Source: Laetmonice hystrix (lineage: Eukaryota). Taken from it: DNA of 64,000 nt. The notes beneath the pieces are model-generated. The model was given only the letters and a program-made list of their open reading frames with translations, did not search any database and was not told the DNA's origin. Positions 37,701 to 50,200 of this stretch are shown in pieces. Both the position numbers and the translations under genes were made by a program. The stretch is taken from positions 11,160,001 through 11,224,000 of the forward strand of contig OZ249451.1 of assembly GCA_965235115.1 (NCBI GenBank), given 5' to 3'. How positions within the stretch are numbered: the first letter of the stretch is position 1; each line of letters opens with the position of its first letter.

Positions 37701-40700
37701 ATCAAAATCGAAAAGAATATCTTGAAAAAATTACCGTAAGCTCATTCTTAAATCAATTACAACAATTTCACACTCGTCATGAATAATCTAAACCGTGAAA
37801 TTTTCACACAAATAACTGGTCGTGGTCCACGTTTGCTGAAACTAATGGGAGGATTTCATATTGAGGGACACACCTGTGAAGTTGGGGGACAGGGGCATTG
37901 AGAATGGTGTGATCTTGGCCACCGTGGCCTTGCCAATGGCAGACAGGGTGCTGAGGTCCGGTATTCTGGCATGGTAGATGAAGTCGTTGTCTTTGTTAGC
38001 CTCCTCAAGTGACCTCCGAATGTGCTGTGAAAGTGTCTGGAACACAAATGTGCCCCCAGCACGTGTCTCGGCAGCAATCATCAGGTCCTTGGCATGCTGA
38101 AATCAGTATCGGAATATTGTTATGTATAGTCTACCTTTGTGCAGTCCTGTCTTGTCTTGTCAGAACTTATTAGAATTACCTGTTCACACCTGTAGATCTC
38201 GTATTGTATCATGATGTTGTGAAATATGTGCATTGTTATATCCCATTCCCCCCCTCCCCATATGGAGGGGGGAAATGGAATTTTGAAGTTACTGATAGTC
38301 TCCAAGTATTCTAATTTTCAAAGGAAGACAGTTACTGGTGTCTCTGCATAGTAATTCCACAGAAACTGACCTTGAGTCTAGCTATTTCTGTACCAAAGTC
38401 CTTGACTTGTTTTGCTCCCATACTCATATAGTACTCAGCGAGGGCGTGGTACCCCGCCTGCTTGCCAGCCACACTGGAAATCCAGTCCTGAAACACAGAG
38501 CAACAATCTCACTCTATCATGACTAGGAATCGGTTATTTACTCCGAATTCTACAAATTCGAGATTACTAAATTATTACCTTAATACCTTAATTCCTTAAT
38601 AAAGTATCGGTAACCTTCCTCTGTACTCACTCTTGGCCAGAGATCTCGGATGGAATTGATCTGCAGTAGCTTGAGCGCATCAGCATAGAAATCGGACACT
38701 TGGTGGGCGACCTTGGCAATAGTGGCTGGCTTCATCTTGTCTGGCAGTACAAAGAACATCTACACATCAGCAAACAGTAACCTTTACACCCTCAGAAGTT
38801 GGCAGGTTTTCTGTCGCACCGTCTCCCATAACCAGCCTTCCAATCCCCCCTAGTAAACCTGCCCGAACCCACACGCCCCTGGTCAAACCTAATTGATATA
38901 CCCGCCCCCCGCCACCACCACCGACACGCCTACCTGTGATGGCTTTCCGACAGAAGCAGTCCTGTGCCTGCGCCACCATGAGTGAGGCGAGGGCGGCCAG
39001 CGTGTCAGGATGGAGGTCGGGTGTTGGATCCGTCTGTACGTGGGACAGCACGCAGTCCTTGAGGTGACTGTATACTCCTGCTGCATTCTGCCAATACAAA
39101 TACCTGGCGTCAGCTCAAACACTAATAGCGGCGACACCTGGTGTCAGTGTTAGACACCAGGGTCACATATCTTTTCCCTGTGTACTTCTCTATGTTTTGA
39201 GTAATATATTGGTTTATCTCTTGTGCTTTATCCATTCATGTACCTGGGGATCAGACATGTTATACGGTGTATTTTATTTTTGATGTTATAAAATGCTATT
39301 TTAATAGCATATTGTGTTGTTTGTTGCTGACATAGGTTTAGGTAAAACACCTTTTCCAGGTTACAGATTACCTATCCACAAACCCTTGTTGTTGAGTGCT
39401 AACTTTGTTTGAGACTGTCAAATAATGAAGAATGGAATTAAAAACTGGGTTATAATTTCCGCAATGTGGTCATAAAAATACCTGTCATTGAGCCAACATG
39501 TCAACTCACAAATCAATTATTGGTAAACATTTATCTGAGGCAAATGAAGGCATACTCATAGTCAGTTCCATATTGTCTCTTTTAATAAGCTAATGCACAT
39601 GGTAAGAATGAAAGGGGCTTTGTACATCTTCACAGTAAGAGTGAAATATAATAAAAGAATTCTGGTTTTCATCTACTGTAACTAAGATATTATCATATGG
39701 AAATGCTTGTAAGAAATTAATACATGTGTACCTGAAAAAGTCTGGCAGCTGTTTTGAGGCCATCATCACTGCTTGGGTTCTGTGTGCAGGCAATCTGGCT
39801 CTGTAAGGCGGCAATGTTGAACAGCACACACACTTTCTCGTAATTTGCTGAAGCAACAGCTGCAATGTAATAAATTCAATGGTTGTAGACATGCATTATG
39901 CCCCAATTTCCAAAGAAAATTTAAATTTTCAATAAAGCTGTCATGCCACAGTGCTTATAGAAAGATTTGAAATCTTGATTTAACATAATTAAAAAATATA
40001 ATTGAAAACATTTTGTGTATAGCTTACAGAGTGTACGTCGTCCAGTGAAGAACGATTCTTTCTGGAAAGCATCTTGCCATTTAAATTCAATCCTAATCTG
40101 GTTTTCTGCTATTGGAAACTTGGTTTCTGTGGCCACAAGTTGGTCATAGTACCTAGAGAGAAAAAAGATGGAAGTGTAAACTTGGTTTCTGAGGCCACAA
40201 GTTGGTCATAGTACCTAGAGAGAAACAAATGGAAGTGTGAAATTTAAGAGGTCAACCACAGACGGATTGGTCAACCAAACTTTGTTTTGTATCTCTTAAT
40301 CCGGTTCCTGAGATTATTGCTTGAGTTAATTTATCACAATTTTTGAGGACAAATATAATATAATTTACGTCAAATAAGGGGAACTGGCTGTATGTTTCAC
40401 CTGGTCCTTTTTGGTGCACTTCCACATTGCTAACAGAAGATCATCTCAGGCTTTGCAGACAGAATAAGAAAAAATGAAGACTTCAAATTCTGAATGAGGT
40501 TTTTCTTTTGGTATGCAATCCCTCTGATACATGGTAAATATCCTACATCTGGGACATCATGAATACTTGCTCACAGCCAGACCCATTCAATACACGTATG
40601 ATACTGTGACAGTCCTTGGTCAGTCAGTCACAGGAAAAGTGGCTCTTTTTTTTTCAACTGTCCACATTAATCAGATTAGTAATTCTGAAACGCTGACATT

Positions 40701-43627
40701 GTACCCTATCTGAATTCTCAATGGAGGTCTCCAAATTAATGATTCATTTATGTATCACCTCGAGATACTTAACATGATACATTCTTTTATGTATCACTCT
40801 CACTGTCCCAGAAAACTGCACTCTCACCTCATCTGACCTAAGCAACAGTCACTGAACATGAAAGGCACTGAGCCAGAGCAGGAGGTTAATGCTGCACTTT
40901 CTATAAATATTTAAAAGATAATATCGATTGTGAGACATTGAAAGTATACCACACAGTCTGTCTCAATGTAATATGTTCCACAACGTGTCATACCCTTGGG
41001 GTCCACATAAAAGTTCATCATACTTTTTGTAGTGTGACCTCAAATGATACAGGTCTAGCCCTGAAGTGAACTACCTGACAGAACTGGCCCTGTGTGACCT
41101 ACTTTCTACCTGGTTATGAAATCTAGGATCAACACAAGTGAAACTAGACCTGATAAAAAAAGAACTTTTATTTGTAGTATGTTACTAAACAATAGCATTA
41201 TCACGATGAAGATTTGTTAAAACGGCAGAGAAGTGGCTGGGTCATATTGTGTAACTACTGACAGCCAGAACAACACTGCTAGCATCAACAGACAGTGACC
41301 AACAGACCATGACCATTAGGCGTGACTTCAGCCAACCGTTGTGGCAGGGTGAGGCCCATCCTTACTGCAACAGGCCCATTCATAGCTGCACAGGTCCATT
41401 TATTCTGGAACCCTTCCCTGCATGGTCGAGTCCTCACTGGGGTGGGGTCACTTTATACTATACCGAGACAACATTAATATTTACTCCCAGCCTGTGATGA
41501 TCAAACCCAATCTGTGATCCTGAACATACCACTTGCTGATCTGGTGAACATAACAACTCAATATCACTTCCTTTATCCGAATGTGATTATACAGATCAGA
41601 CGTGTCACCTCAGTCTTTCCTTTGACCTCGTTGCCTGTAATAGCCCAACACATACAAGGCTATAAGGCTCGTGTTGATCTGATATAATGTGAGCATATTT
41701 TGCACATCTATACAAATTGGAGGTCTTTACAGTGATACACATAGTAACCATTGATTTATTGACAGCTCACATTGTTTGACATGAAAGATCCTTTACAGCT
41801 AGTTAGGTACCGTGACCATGGTGACGTCATGTAGTTCTTTATCCCTAACAATCATAGTTCTTCAAACATAGATCATGCCACAACATACTGGCAGTTCTAA
41901 AGATGTTCACATTAGGGTCAAGGCAACGTAGCTGAAGTGACCAATTAAAGCTTCTCAAGAGCTGGTGGTGCAGTGGTTAAAGCACAGGACCTTTGATCCA
42001 AAATTACTGGGTTTGAGCCATGGCCACGCCAGACTTTCCTGCATAGCAGTGCTGCCGACTGCTTTATCAAAGGCGAGCCGTGTCACAATACGTCTACGTG
42101 GAGGGACAAGTTATGACGTTAAAGATCCCTTTGAACCTATCAATAAGACTGGGGTTCCCCCGATGCCAGGTTTCTTCAGGACTATCATCCCATCATTATC
42201 ACCCAATAGATTTCACCGACTGAGTTAGTTACCTTGTTCTCGCCCTGAAATAGCTGCTGACTGGGCGTTAAACACCAACTACTCACTCACTCATACGTAT
42301 CATGGCATGGAAGATGTTTCTCAGGAGCCATATTTTACGTATCATGGCATGGAAGATATATTTCGCAGGAGCCACATTTTACGTATCATGGCATAGAAGA
42401 TATATTTCGCAGGAGCCACATTTTACGTATCATAGCATGGAAGATATATTTCGCAGGAGCCACATTTTACATCTCAAGGCGTAGAAGATATATATATGCA
42501 TCTCAGGAGCCACATTTTATAATTTAGACAGATTTAGGGCCTAGATCCCAGTCTTACTGTGGCCATATGGGAGGTATAATATTATAATGTAAATTTAGAT
42601 CAATGACTGCAGTCTGCAGATCTATGCCTATGCCTATGGTAGATTAACAATTTTTCGACATGGCTTACTTTTTACAGTCTCCGAGGGTCAGAGTACCCTC
42701 GACTACCGAGGCAAGTTCAATTAATCATTGGCAAACATAGAGGACCACGGGCACAGGTCTCCCTCTGCCATAATGCGCAACACCATTGTGAACTGAATGC
42801 CACGCCTGTACTAATTCAGATCCAATAAATTTATTTGGCTGGCTTGACTTGTTGAACTACTTAAGAATGCAAGCTGTGGAAAAGCTAAAGACTGAGTCTA
42901 TTATAGATAACAGTTGACCACCAAAAAAAATATGAAAAGAATCACATTAAAAGTATGACAACTTTGGAAACCTTAGACTTACTTCACTTAGTACATCGTG
43001 GAGTAGTTCTTACCAATTTGTTCTTACTGAGCTAAATTGTATTTATAAAATCGGTTTTCGTGACAGATTTGTGACTTTATTTCCAGCTGGGCAACAGTGT
43101 CAATATTTAAAATCAGTAGATTTTTCACACTGTTTTGAACCAGCTGAGTGAGGTGAGGAAAACTAGATTTAATTTTAAAGTGCTTGAGACTAGCCAAACA
43201 AACAGGTACATGCCGCTTTCGGCGCTGCTAACATAACGTCATAAAAATACCAGTGGGTGCAGATAGGAGTGCCCCATCTCCCCACTGCGACTACCTACGC
43301 TACTGCACTGGGTACACTACTTTACCACTGAGTGAGTGACAGTCATGATCCTGTGGCCATGGTCACGGTGGCAGTGAGTAACAAGTCCTCACCTCAGCCA
43401 AGGCCTACCAGTACCAGTACTTACCGGTAGAAGACTTCTAATGATGATTCATGCTTGTCGACAGACTTGGATATTATACTGTTCCGTAGCTTATGGAATT
43501 CCACAAGGCCACTATTGTACTCGCTAGGATCAGTGTTGCTAAATGTACTAGAAATGAAGGTACGAAGAGGCTTCGCTAAGTCCACTTCCCATGTCTTTTT
43601 CAGTGGCACAGCCAAGTACGTCGCCAT
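25769..43627 (-). CDS. PDCD6IP: ALIX / programmed cell death 6-interacting protein (Bro1 + V domain + proline-rich tail), ~853 aa from core exons
   Basis: Core exons: 43425-43627, 40028-40152, 39732-39859, 38934-39087, 38631-38740, 38371-38487, 37874-38096, 37404-37527, 37014-37191, 36507-36728, 36127-36286, 35473-35621, 35210-35344, 34888-35056, 31127-31243, 29149-29208, 25769-25956. All GT-AG with consistent phases, total 2562 nt. Motifs: [61 protein letters not shown] (TSG101 site), C-terminal PPYP/PGYP repeats. Confidence 0.96.
27240..27326 (-). CDS. Candidate alternative ALIX proline-rich cassette exon ([29 protein letters not shown])
   Basis: Acceptor ctgacttacag|GA. The P/G/Y/Q-rich peptide matches ALIX tail composition. 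Two weak donors (after 27240 or 27222) both keep phase 1. Confidence 0.55.
28356..28382 (-). CDS. Candidate 27-nt in-frame microexon of ALIX (GHRRHQYGR)
   Basis: Minus strand reads tgactcctcttccag|GACACCGTAGACATCAGTATGGGCGAG|gtcagt. Symmetric phase 1 and open in the ALIX frame. Confidence 0.45.
28465..28991. mobile_element. Near-perfect palindromic MITE with TTAA target duplication (Kolobok-like termini)
   Basis: TTAA at 28461-28464 and 28992-28995; arms of ~240 bp starting agggagtcgtaaaattc; spacer ~48 bp. Confidence 0.9.
30452..31140. repeat. 33-34-bp tandem array containing the ALIX exon 31127-31243 donor site, split by a MITE
   Basis: Unit taccagcgtcaggtggcgct(t/g)ctgtaactctaca; copies at 30452-30560 and 31032-31140. 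Confidence 0.9.
30564..31028. mobile_element. PIF/Harbinger (Tourist)-like MITE, 465 bp
   Basis: ~54-bp TIRs aggcctgtgtccacttgagcggtatgccgcgtg...; 3-bp TTA duplication at 30561-30563 and 31029-31031. Confidence 0.9.
31753..33635. mobile_element. 1.9-kb foldback element with ~780-bp inverted arms
   Basis: Termini ggggtcattccatgtgaaatcaccca / tgggtgatttcacatggaatgacccc. Arms ~31753-32530 and ~32849-33635 are highly similar reverse complements. Flanked by TG on both sides. No transposase ORF. Confidence 0.9.
34224..34519. repeat. 39-bp minisatellite (~7 copies)
   Basis: Unit ttgtatagtagtatcacagtctcgctgccttgcaacccc. Confidence 0.9.
34780..34806 (-). CDS. Candidate 27-nt in-frame microexon of ALIX (EPWLQLMTQ)
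   Basis: Minus strand reads ctcctgctgcatgtgtag|AGCCTTGGCTGCAGCTGATGACACAAG|gtaagg. Symmetric phase 1, no stop, strong donor, TGC just upstream of the AG. No expression evidence. Confidence 0.5.
35612..35998. repeat. 43-bp tandem array (9 copies), each containing the ALIX exon-12 acceptor
   Basis: Unit aaacggccagctgaaacacaaacaacttggacctcactcttat starts at 35612, 35655, 35698, 35741, 35784, 35827, 35870, 35913 and 35956. Confidence 0.95.
40116..40238. repeat. 62-bp tandem duplication of the ALIX exon-2 acceptor and first 11 codons
   Basis: aaacttggtttctg(t/a)ggccacaagttggtcatagtacctagagag...gaagtgt occurs at 40116 and 40178. Confidence 0.9.
41959..42292 (+). mobile_element. tRNA-derived SINE
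   Basis: A-box TGGTGCAGTGG, degenerate B-box GGTTTGAGCC, body with gttaaagatccc, 3' end gctgactgggcgttaaacaccaa plus (actc)n tail. This architecture recalls lophotrochozoan SINEs. Confidence 0.8.
42294..42530. repeat. 44-bp tandem repeat (~5 copies) abutting the SINE tail
   Basis: Unit tacgtatcatggcatggaagatatatttcgcaggagccacattt. Confidence 0.9.
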
Positions 43628-44264
43628 CTTGAGAGCAGTGTTTGATCATGTGACATTGTGATGTCATAGGTTAATAGTCACCAGGGGGCGCGCGCAGAGT
43701 AGTTCGAAGTAGGACCGATAGGTGACGCATGCATACAGAAGTTCTGTTTAGGAGCGAAAGATGGCGCGTCTGCGCTTGCTGCAACCACGTGCAAGAGCTT
43801 GTAGCTAGGTCGCTCCAAAAAGTTCTTCAGCTCTGAGAAGTTTGCATTGTGACTGTAGGCCTAATAAATGCATCTCCATACAAAAAAGGAAAATCTAAAG
43901 AGGGCCAAGCCCCCCTGAATCCCCCACTGATTCATGTTGCACCTGGGCCTAATTATATAGGCTACATTAATTTTGACCAAAAAGTCGCCACCGAAGCTCT
44001 TCAGTTGGATGCTGAGCCGGAAAAACTGGTAAATAGGCCTAGGCCTACTTTTCCCAAACATTTTCAGCCCCCCCCTCCCTCCCACCTGTGAATATCTTCC
44101 GGCGCCTGCTCTGCATCTGGCGTTCTCGAGACCGCCCCTGCCGAGCATCTGCTTGCAGGCCGCTTACGTCCTCGGTAAATTTATATGCGACTCCGCTGTG
44201 ACCTACTTATGATAACATTGATTGGTCAAGGCCAAAAACGTGGCCAACCCAGCAATAAACCAAC
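43628..44264. promoter_or_regulatory. Bidirectional promoter region between ALIX and STT3B
   Basis: Divergent start codons 637 bp apart; CpG-rich; CTCF-like CACCAGGGGGCGC at 43679-43691. Confidence 0.75.
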
Positions 44265-47200
44265 ATGGCGGATGCCGGTGGAAAGGCGGATATTCGTTCA
44301 GCTCTGGCAAATCCAGGCGGCTGGAAGAGCTTAATTATTTTCGCCGTCATCGCGCTTGCATGGATTGCAGGCTTCAGTTCACGTTTGTTCGCTGTGATTC
44401 GTTTTGAAAGCATCATCCATGAGTTTGACCCGTGGTAAGTGGGCGTTTGCTGGAGATGTTCCCAGACCCAACTCGACTCTAGTCAACTACTGCCAGCCCA
44501 AGACCAGGGCCAAGCGTCAGTCAAAGTCAGGGATGGCCAAACTTAATTTTCTCACGCTGCTTTCAGTTTGCAGGCTTAGACTAAGACTTTTAGCCTAGGG
44601 AGCAGCAGCTTCACGTATTTGCTGTGAAGACTTGTAGCAGGAACCATGATGGCCAGTGCTGTCGGCTCAAACGATTGCTGAATTTGCTCTCCCCCCCCCC
44701 CATTTCCAGACCAGAGCCAGAGGCAGAGGCTGGCAGCTAGTTTTCCAGTTGCATGTTACTGTTAGGGGCCAACATTACAGTCAGTAATCCTAACTGCCAC
44801 TAGCCCAAGTCATTATTACAGTATTAAAAATTAATTAAATAATCAGGTTACAGATTCGGTTAAATATATGCAATGCATCAAATAAATCTGTGATGAATCT
44901 GTACTTTAAAAGCCAAGTTTTATATATATTTTAATATCATTGTTATCTTATGTTTTCAGGTTTAACTATCGTTCCACACATCACATGGTGCAGCATGGCT
45001 TCTACAATTTCCTTAATTGGTTTGATGAGCGTGCATGGTATCCCCTGGGTCGTATTGTTGGTGGAACGGTAAATACCAGAACTTTCTTCAAATAGAAAAA
45101 AGTAACAAGCATCCCAGCCATATGTTTCACAGTGCTGATTAGTAGGAGATTATTGTACAGCCAAGGTATGACATGTATGTCTCGGGATAATGTTGTAGGT
45201 GTACCCCGGACTGATGTTAACATCTGGGAGCATCCACACGGTCCTGCATGCTCTCAACATTCCAGTCCATATCCGAGACATCTGTGTGTTTCTGGCACCA
45301 GTTTTCAGGTGAGGCGTACTTCTCAAAATATCACAGAAACACCAAAATTATAACAAGTCTGTGACTGAAAGAAAAGGACCCATAGAACTTAGAATTGGAA
45401 ATTAATTTTATGTACCAGGGTCAGTACATGATTTCCAAGGCGAAAAAGGTTCCTGAAGTGATTCTATACAGGCTCTGGCCCCTGTACCCATGCATAGTCA
45501 GCCCTGTAGACCCCTGACCAGTAGTGTGCCGATTTCTGAATTTCGAATATTCACTTCCCATGAACGGTTGTGGTTACTAATAGTGAACTTTGGTCCCTGC
45601 ACAGTGGCCTGACAGCCACAGCAACCTACTTCCTCACCAAGGAGTTGTGGAACGCTGGCGCTGGCCTCTTTGCTGCCTGCTTCATTGCTATTGGTTAGTT
45701 CTGTGTTGTTAGCTCTACAATAACTTCCAAGTTAGTTTGGCATAATTGAGTAGATTTGTAACAGACTTGGAAAGTGGTAGATTTTGAACTTACAATAAAG
45801 AGTCTGACCATTTGCAGGACAATAGTTTCCCCTGCTCAAAATCTTTTATCCATACTTAACAATTGGTGAGTAGTTCATATGTATATAACAATGGAGTAAT
45901 AGGAATACATTGGACAGTTTGGGCTGTGTGTGTAATAAATTTATCATGGTTCCAGTGCCAGGTTACATCAGCAGATCAGTGGCGGGCAGCTATGACAATG
46001 AGGGCATAGCCATCTTTGCCTTAATGTTTACATACTACATGTGGGTATGTAGAATAATATGTTTATATCATTAACACCTGAATGTTAAATGGATGCCATT
46101 GTTACTGTTATGAGAAAATCATCTTTTGTCTCTAGAATTAAAAGGTGAAATCTAAACTGGAAATAGATAGGGAATGACAGCTAACAAATGAATCATGTGG
46201 CATTAAGAAAATCTTCTTTAAAATTTTTAACAATGATCCCTGTGTTCTCTTACAGATAAAAGCTGTAAAAACAGGAACTATATTCTGGGGGACATTAACA
46301 GCATTATCTTATTTTTATATGGTAAGTACTTCTTGCATTTTGTCATTAGGAAGGAAAACAAAACTGAACAGACCTGTATTACCTTATAAGGTAGGAATCT
46401 AAAGAGATATTGCTTGAAATGGGGGAATTTGGTTAAGAATTAAATTTTAAAAAAGATATTGTTTCCTGCTATAAGGCCTAGAAGGAAAAATGAAAAATGA
46501 TTCTCTAAGGATAAACTCGGGGAATTTTAATACTAAGGCAATATGCCACCATATTGCAAGCATTCTCCATGTAATGTTTACAAATTATGGCTAGTATGGA
46601 TTGTGTAGTGGTATCTTTCTGAGGAGTAATTATGATTATTTCAGGTATCTGCTTGGGGAGGTTACGTCTTCATCATTAATCTCATTCCACTACATGTCCT
46701 TGTGCTCTTGCTGATGGGGCGGTACTCTCGCAGGCTCTATGTCGGTAAGTTGGGAGAATATTGTACTTTTCTTACCACAGACTCCAAAGCTATTAAATCT
46801 TCTCTTCTTCAGCATAATCTCCCAACCCAATGTTTCATGGTAAAAAAAATAGTTGATAGTCGATTTGGCTTGTGATTTTCAGCATACACAAGCTTCTACA
46901 TCCTGGGACTAATTCTCTCCATGCAAGTTCCCTTTGTTGGCTTCCAACCTCTGAGAACCAGTGAGCACATGGCCGCTGCAGGTACAGTCACCCTTTATTT
47001 GAACGCTGTAAGCACCTTGTAATTTGTAGCCTCCGACCTAAGGGCAAGGAGCTGCTAATTCAATCTCATCTGTATGTCTGCATGAATTGTTTCCAGTGAT
47101 TTGTCAGAATTGTACATGAGTCACATGGTTTGAAACATTATTTAAAGATCTTAGACAAGATGATTCAGGTCAAATCATTTTTGATATCATTCTTGTTTTT

Positions 47201-50200
47201 CCACAGGCGTATTTGCTCTCCTCCACGCATTTGCAGCGATACAGTACGTCAAGGGTTTTCTTACCAAGGCCGAGTTTAAGTCCTTCTTCATTGCTGCCGT
47301 CATCATCGCAGCTGGGGTTGTCTTCACTGGAGTTGTTGGCCTGACCTATGCAGGTAGTCTGACCTACTGCCCCTTGTACTTTCATGCAGTTTACTGTGGT
47401 GTGCTCTTCAATTAATTATGTACCTAATTCGCCTTGAGCTATTTGTATTAAGGGTTACTACTTCTTGATTTCATAAAACATCTGTACCAATAATTATGCA
47501 GTAAGTCGTCACAAGTGATACATGATTATATGTATGGCTCTGAAATACATGCTTGGTGGCCTGGCTTTCTAGGATACATAGCTCCTTGGAGTGGTCGATT
47601 TTATGCGCTGTGGGACACTGGCTACGCCAAGATCCACATCCCAATCATTGCATCTGTCTCCGAGCACCAGCCTACAACGTGGGTGTCGTTCTTTTTTGAC
47701 CTGCACATCCTGATCTGCGTGTTCCCGGCAGGCGCTTGGTTTGTCATCAAGGAGATCAATGATGAGCGAGTGTTCAGTAAGTTTTGTGGCGATAAGTTCC
47801 TGCAAATTTGAGATCTGTACCCTGCTGTTGACATTGTCGTGGTGTGGTTTTTGATGGTGTTTGGGTCGATGTGCTGGGAGATCTTTGTTGCAGTGATGAA
47901 ATGTATGAGTCTCTAAGGTTGTCACAATGACAGTGGATTTAGGATGAGATTTGTGCAGTGATGATGACATGTGTAAGAGAAGTTCTGTTTGTCGCACTGA
48001 CCCCTCACATTTATCAATCTTGTTCTTTCAGTCATCCTGTATGCCATCAGTGCGGTGTACTTTGCTGGGGTCATGGTGCGACTCATGTTAACCCTCACTC
48101 CTGTCGTCTGTGTGCTGGCTGCCATTGCATTCTCCAAAACCTTTGATATTTACCTCAAGTCTGACCTTCCAACACAGAAAACTACGGAGGAAGCACCCGA
48201 GAAGAATGACAAGTACTATGACAAGGTGGGTGGAAAGTTTGTCACTAGGCTGAAGTAATTCATCCGACGCTCGGAGAATGGGTCACAATCACATAGATTA
48301 ATCCGAGGAGATTTTTGACAATAATATGTATTTTGTGCTGGGGGGGTGGTCCTGAACCCAAACTAGCAAAGAATTGGAAGACTATGGTTGCTATAATAAT
48401 AATGGCCAAAGATACTTTTTCCCAATGTCAAGATTTTGTAACAGTGGGACTTTCAAATCCCAGGAGCTTTTAGGGCATTGTCTCCTGGTCCCTGGATGCC
48501 CCACAACTCCAATGGAGGCCTGGGTGGCCCCCCATACCCCCTGCCTCAATTTATTATTGTTTCTCTTTTTTGGTGACTTGCTGTTAGCATCCCTGTGATA
48601 CAGGGAATAAACATGTTATTGACGATGTCTAAATGTAAAGCACATCGGCATGTTCCACTAATGTGCTTAGACTTTTAGGGACAACGTTTGAAGGAAGGGA
48701 TATGTCAGAGACTTGGATTCCCCCCCCCCCACCCTCACTCAGTAATTTCTTTGAATTTGATCTACCTAAATGAGGTCAAGGTCATTTGTGACCACACTGA
48801 CATGATTTACTGAGGACTCATCCTCCTCCTATCTTTCCTTTCCATGCAACAGCCTGAGGTACGACCATTGATAAGTTGACTTTTTCTTACTTTGCCAAAA
48901 ACTAATTATAGGTGTGTGTTAGTGGTATGTTACAGCAATATTGGACTAATGTAGGAGTCACACAAGACCTGGTTTTGTCATTATATTCTAATCCCCCGAA
49001 TGATAAATGTTGTCTGTACAAGGGAAACATGGGAAAGGAAATGTTGTTTCTGCCAACATCATTTGACAATGGAGACCTCCGAGTTAGCACATTGTAATGT
49101 AAAGAGGTCAAGAAACGGTCAAGGTCACTTGGTTTGGTAATTCTGGATGTGTGTGTGCTTAGTGTACTGTGTGATTCCATCTCTGCCATACAACATATGG
49201 CCAGACTGTGACTATTTTGTGTCAACCCATCATCATTGTTTCTGTCTTTAAAGCATGGTGCAGTATAGTGCAGATTGTATTAGTAGCACTATTTACTAAT
49301 TAATTTGGAATATGATTAACAAAGTTCTCTGAGGAATTGAATAACAGTCACAGTTCTACACTCCCATACTGTCAGTAACCCTTAACCAACTACTGGACCT
49401 CAGACCCTGTGTCAAAGCGCAACATCTAAAGATTTGGATGTTTTTAGTGCATGATGTCTACAGTTTGATCTTACCTGATGCATCATACTAACCTGGCTTG
49501 TAATCATTTATTCAGTGACATAACAGGTTGGATCATTGGTACTGGGATGCCCCCCACTGCTATGGCTAGAAGTAGTAGTAGCAGTAGGTAGTAGTAGTAC
49601 TAGTAGTACTGGTAGTTTATAAACCACACAGGTCCAAAACAAATACCGGTCCTGGGATACTGTGCATACTGATCCACAGAACCTCAGAACCCTCAGTCAA
49701 GATTTAGTAAACTTATCAGAAAGTGTTCTTGATATTAGGATGACGACTGAGTGTGGCTATATATCAATTCTGATTGACATATTCAACTTTTCCATACATG
49801 TAGATTGCAGCAATGTCTTCCAATGCCACAAGAACACCATCTATAATTTCTTTGTCACAGTTTTCTTGTGGTTCTGCCATAATTATACAAAAACTCGTCA
49901 TTATCAGTGTACACATACATGACCTCCACGTAATTGGTATGTTCATCGCCCATGTTCACATCTGTGTCGTTGATCAGGTCGGTAAGGCCAAGAAGACCAA
50001 GGAGGAGAAACCGAAGGGCGAGGAGGAGGTCGGTATGAACATCAAGGCCATCATTATTGTAGCCATGCTCATGATGCTCATGTTGTTCGCCGTCCACTGT
50101 ACCTGGGTCACGTCTAACGCTTACTCCAGCCCCAGTATCGTCCTCGCCTCATACAGTCCAGACGGGTCAGTATTTAGTTTCTCGACTCCTCACTCGGTGT

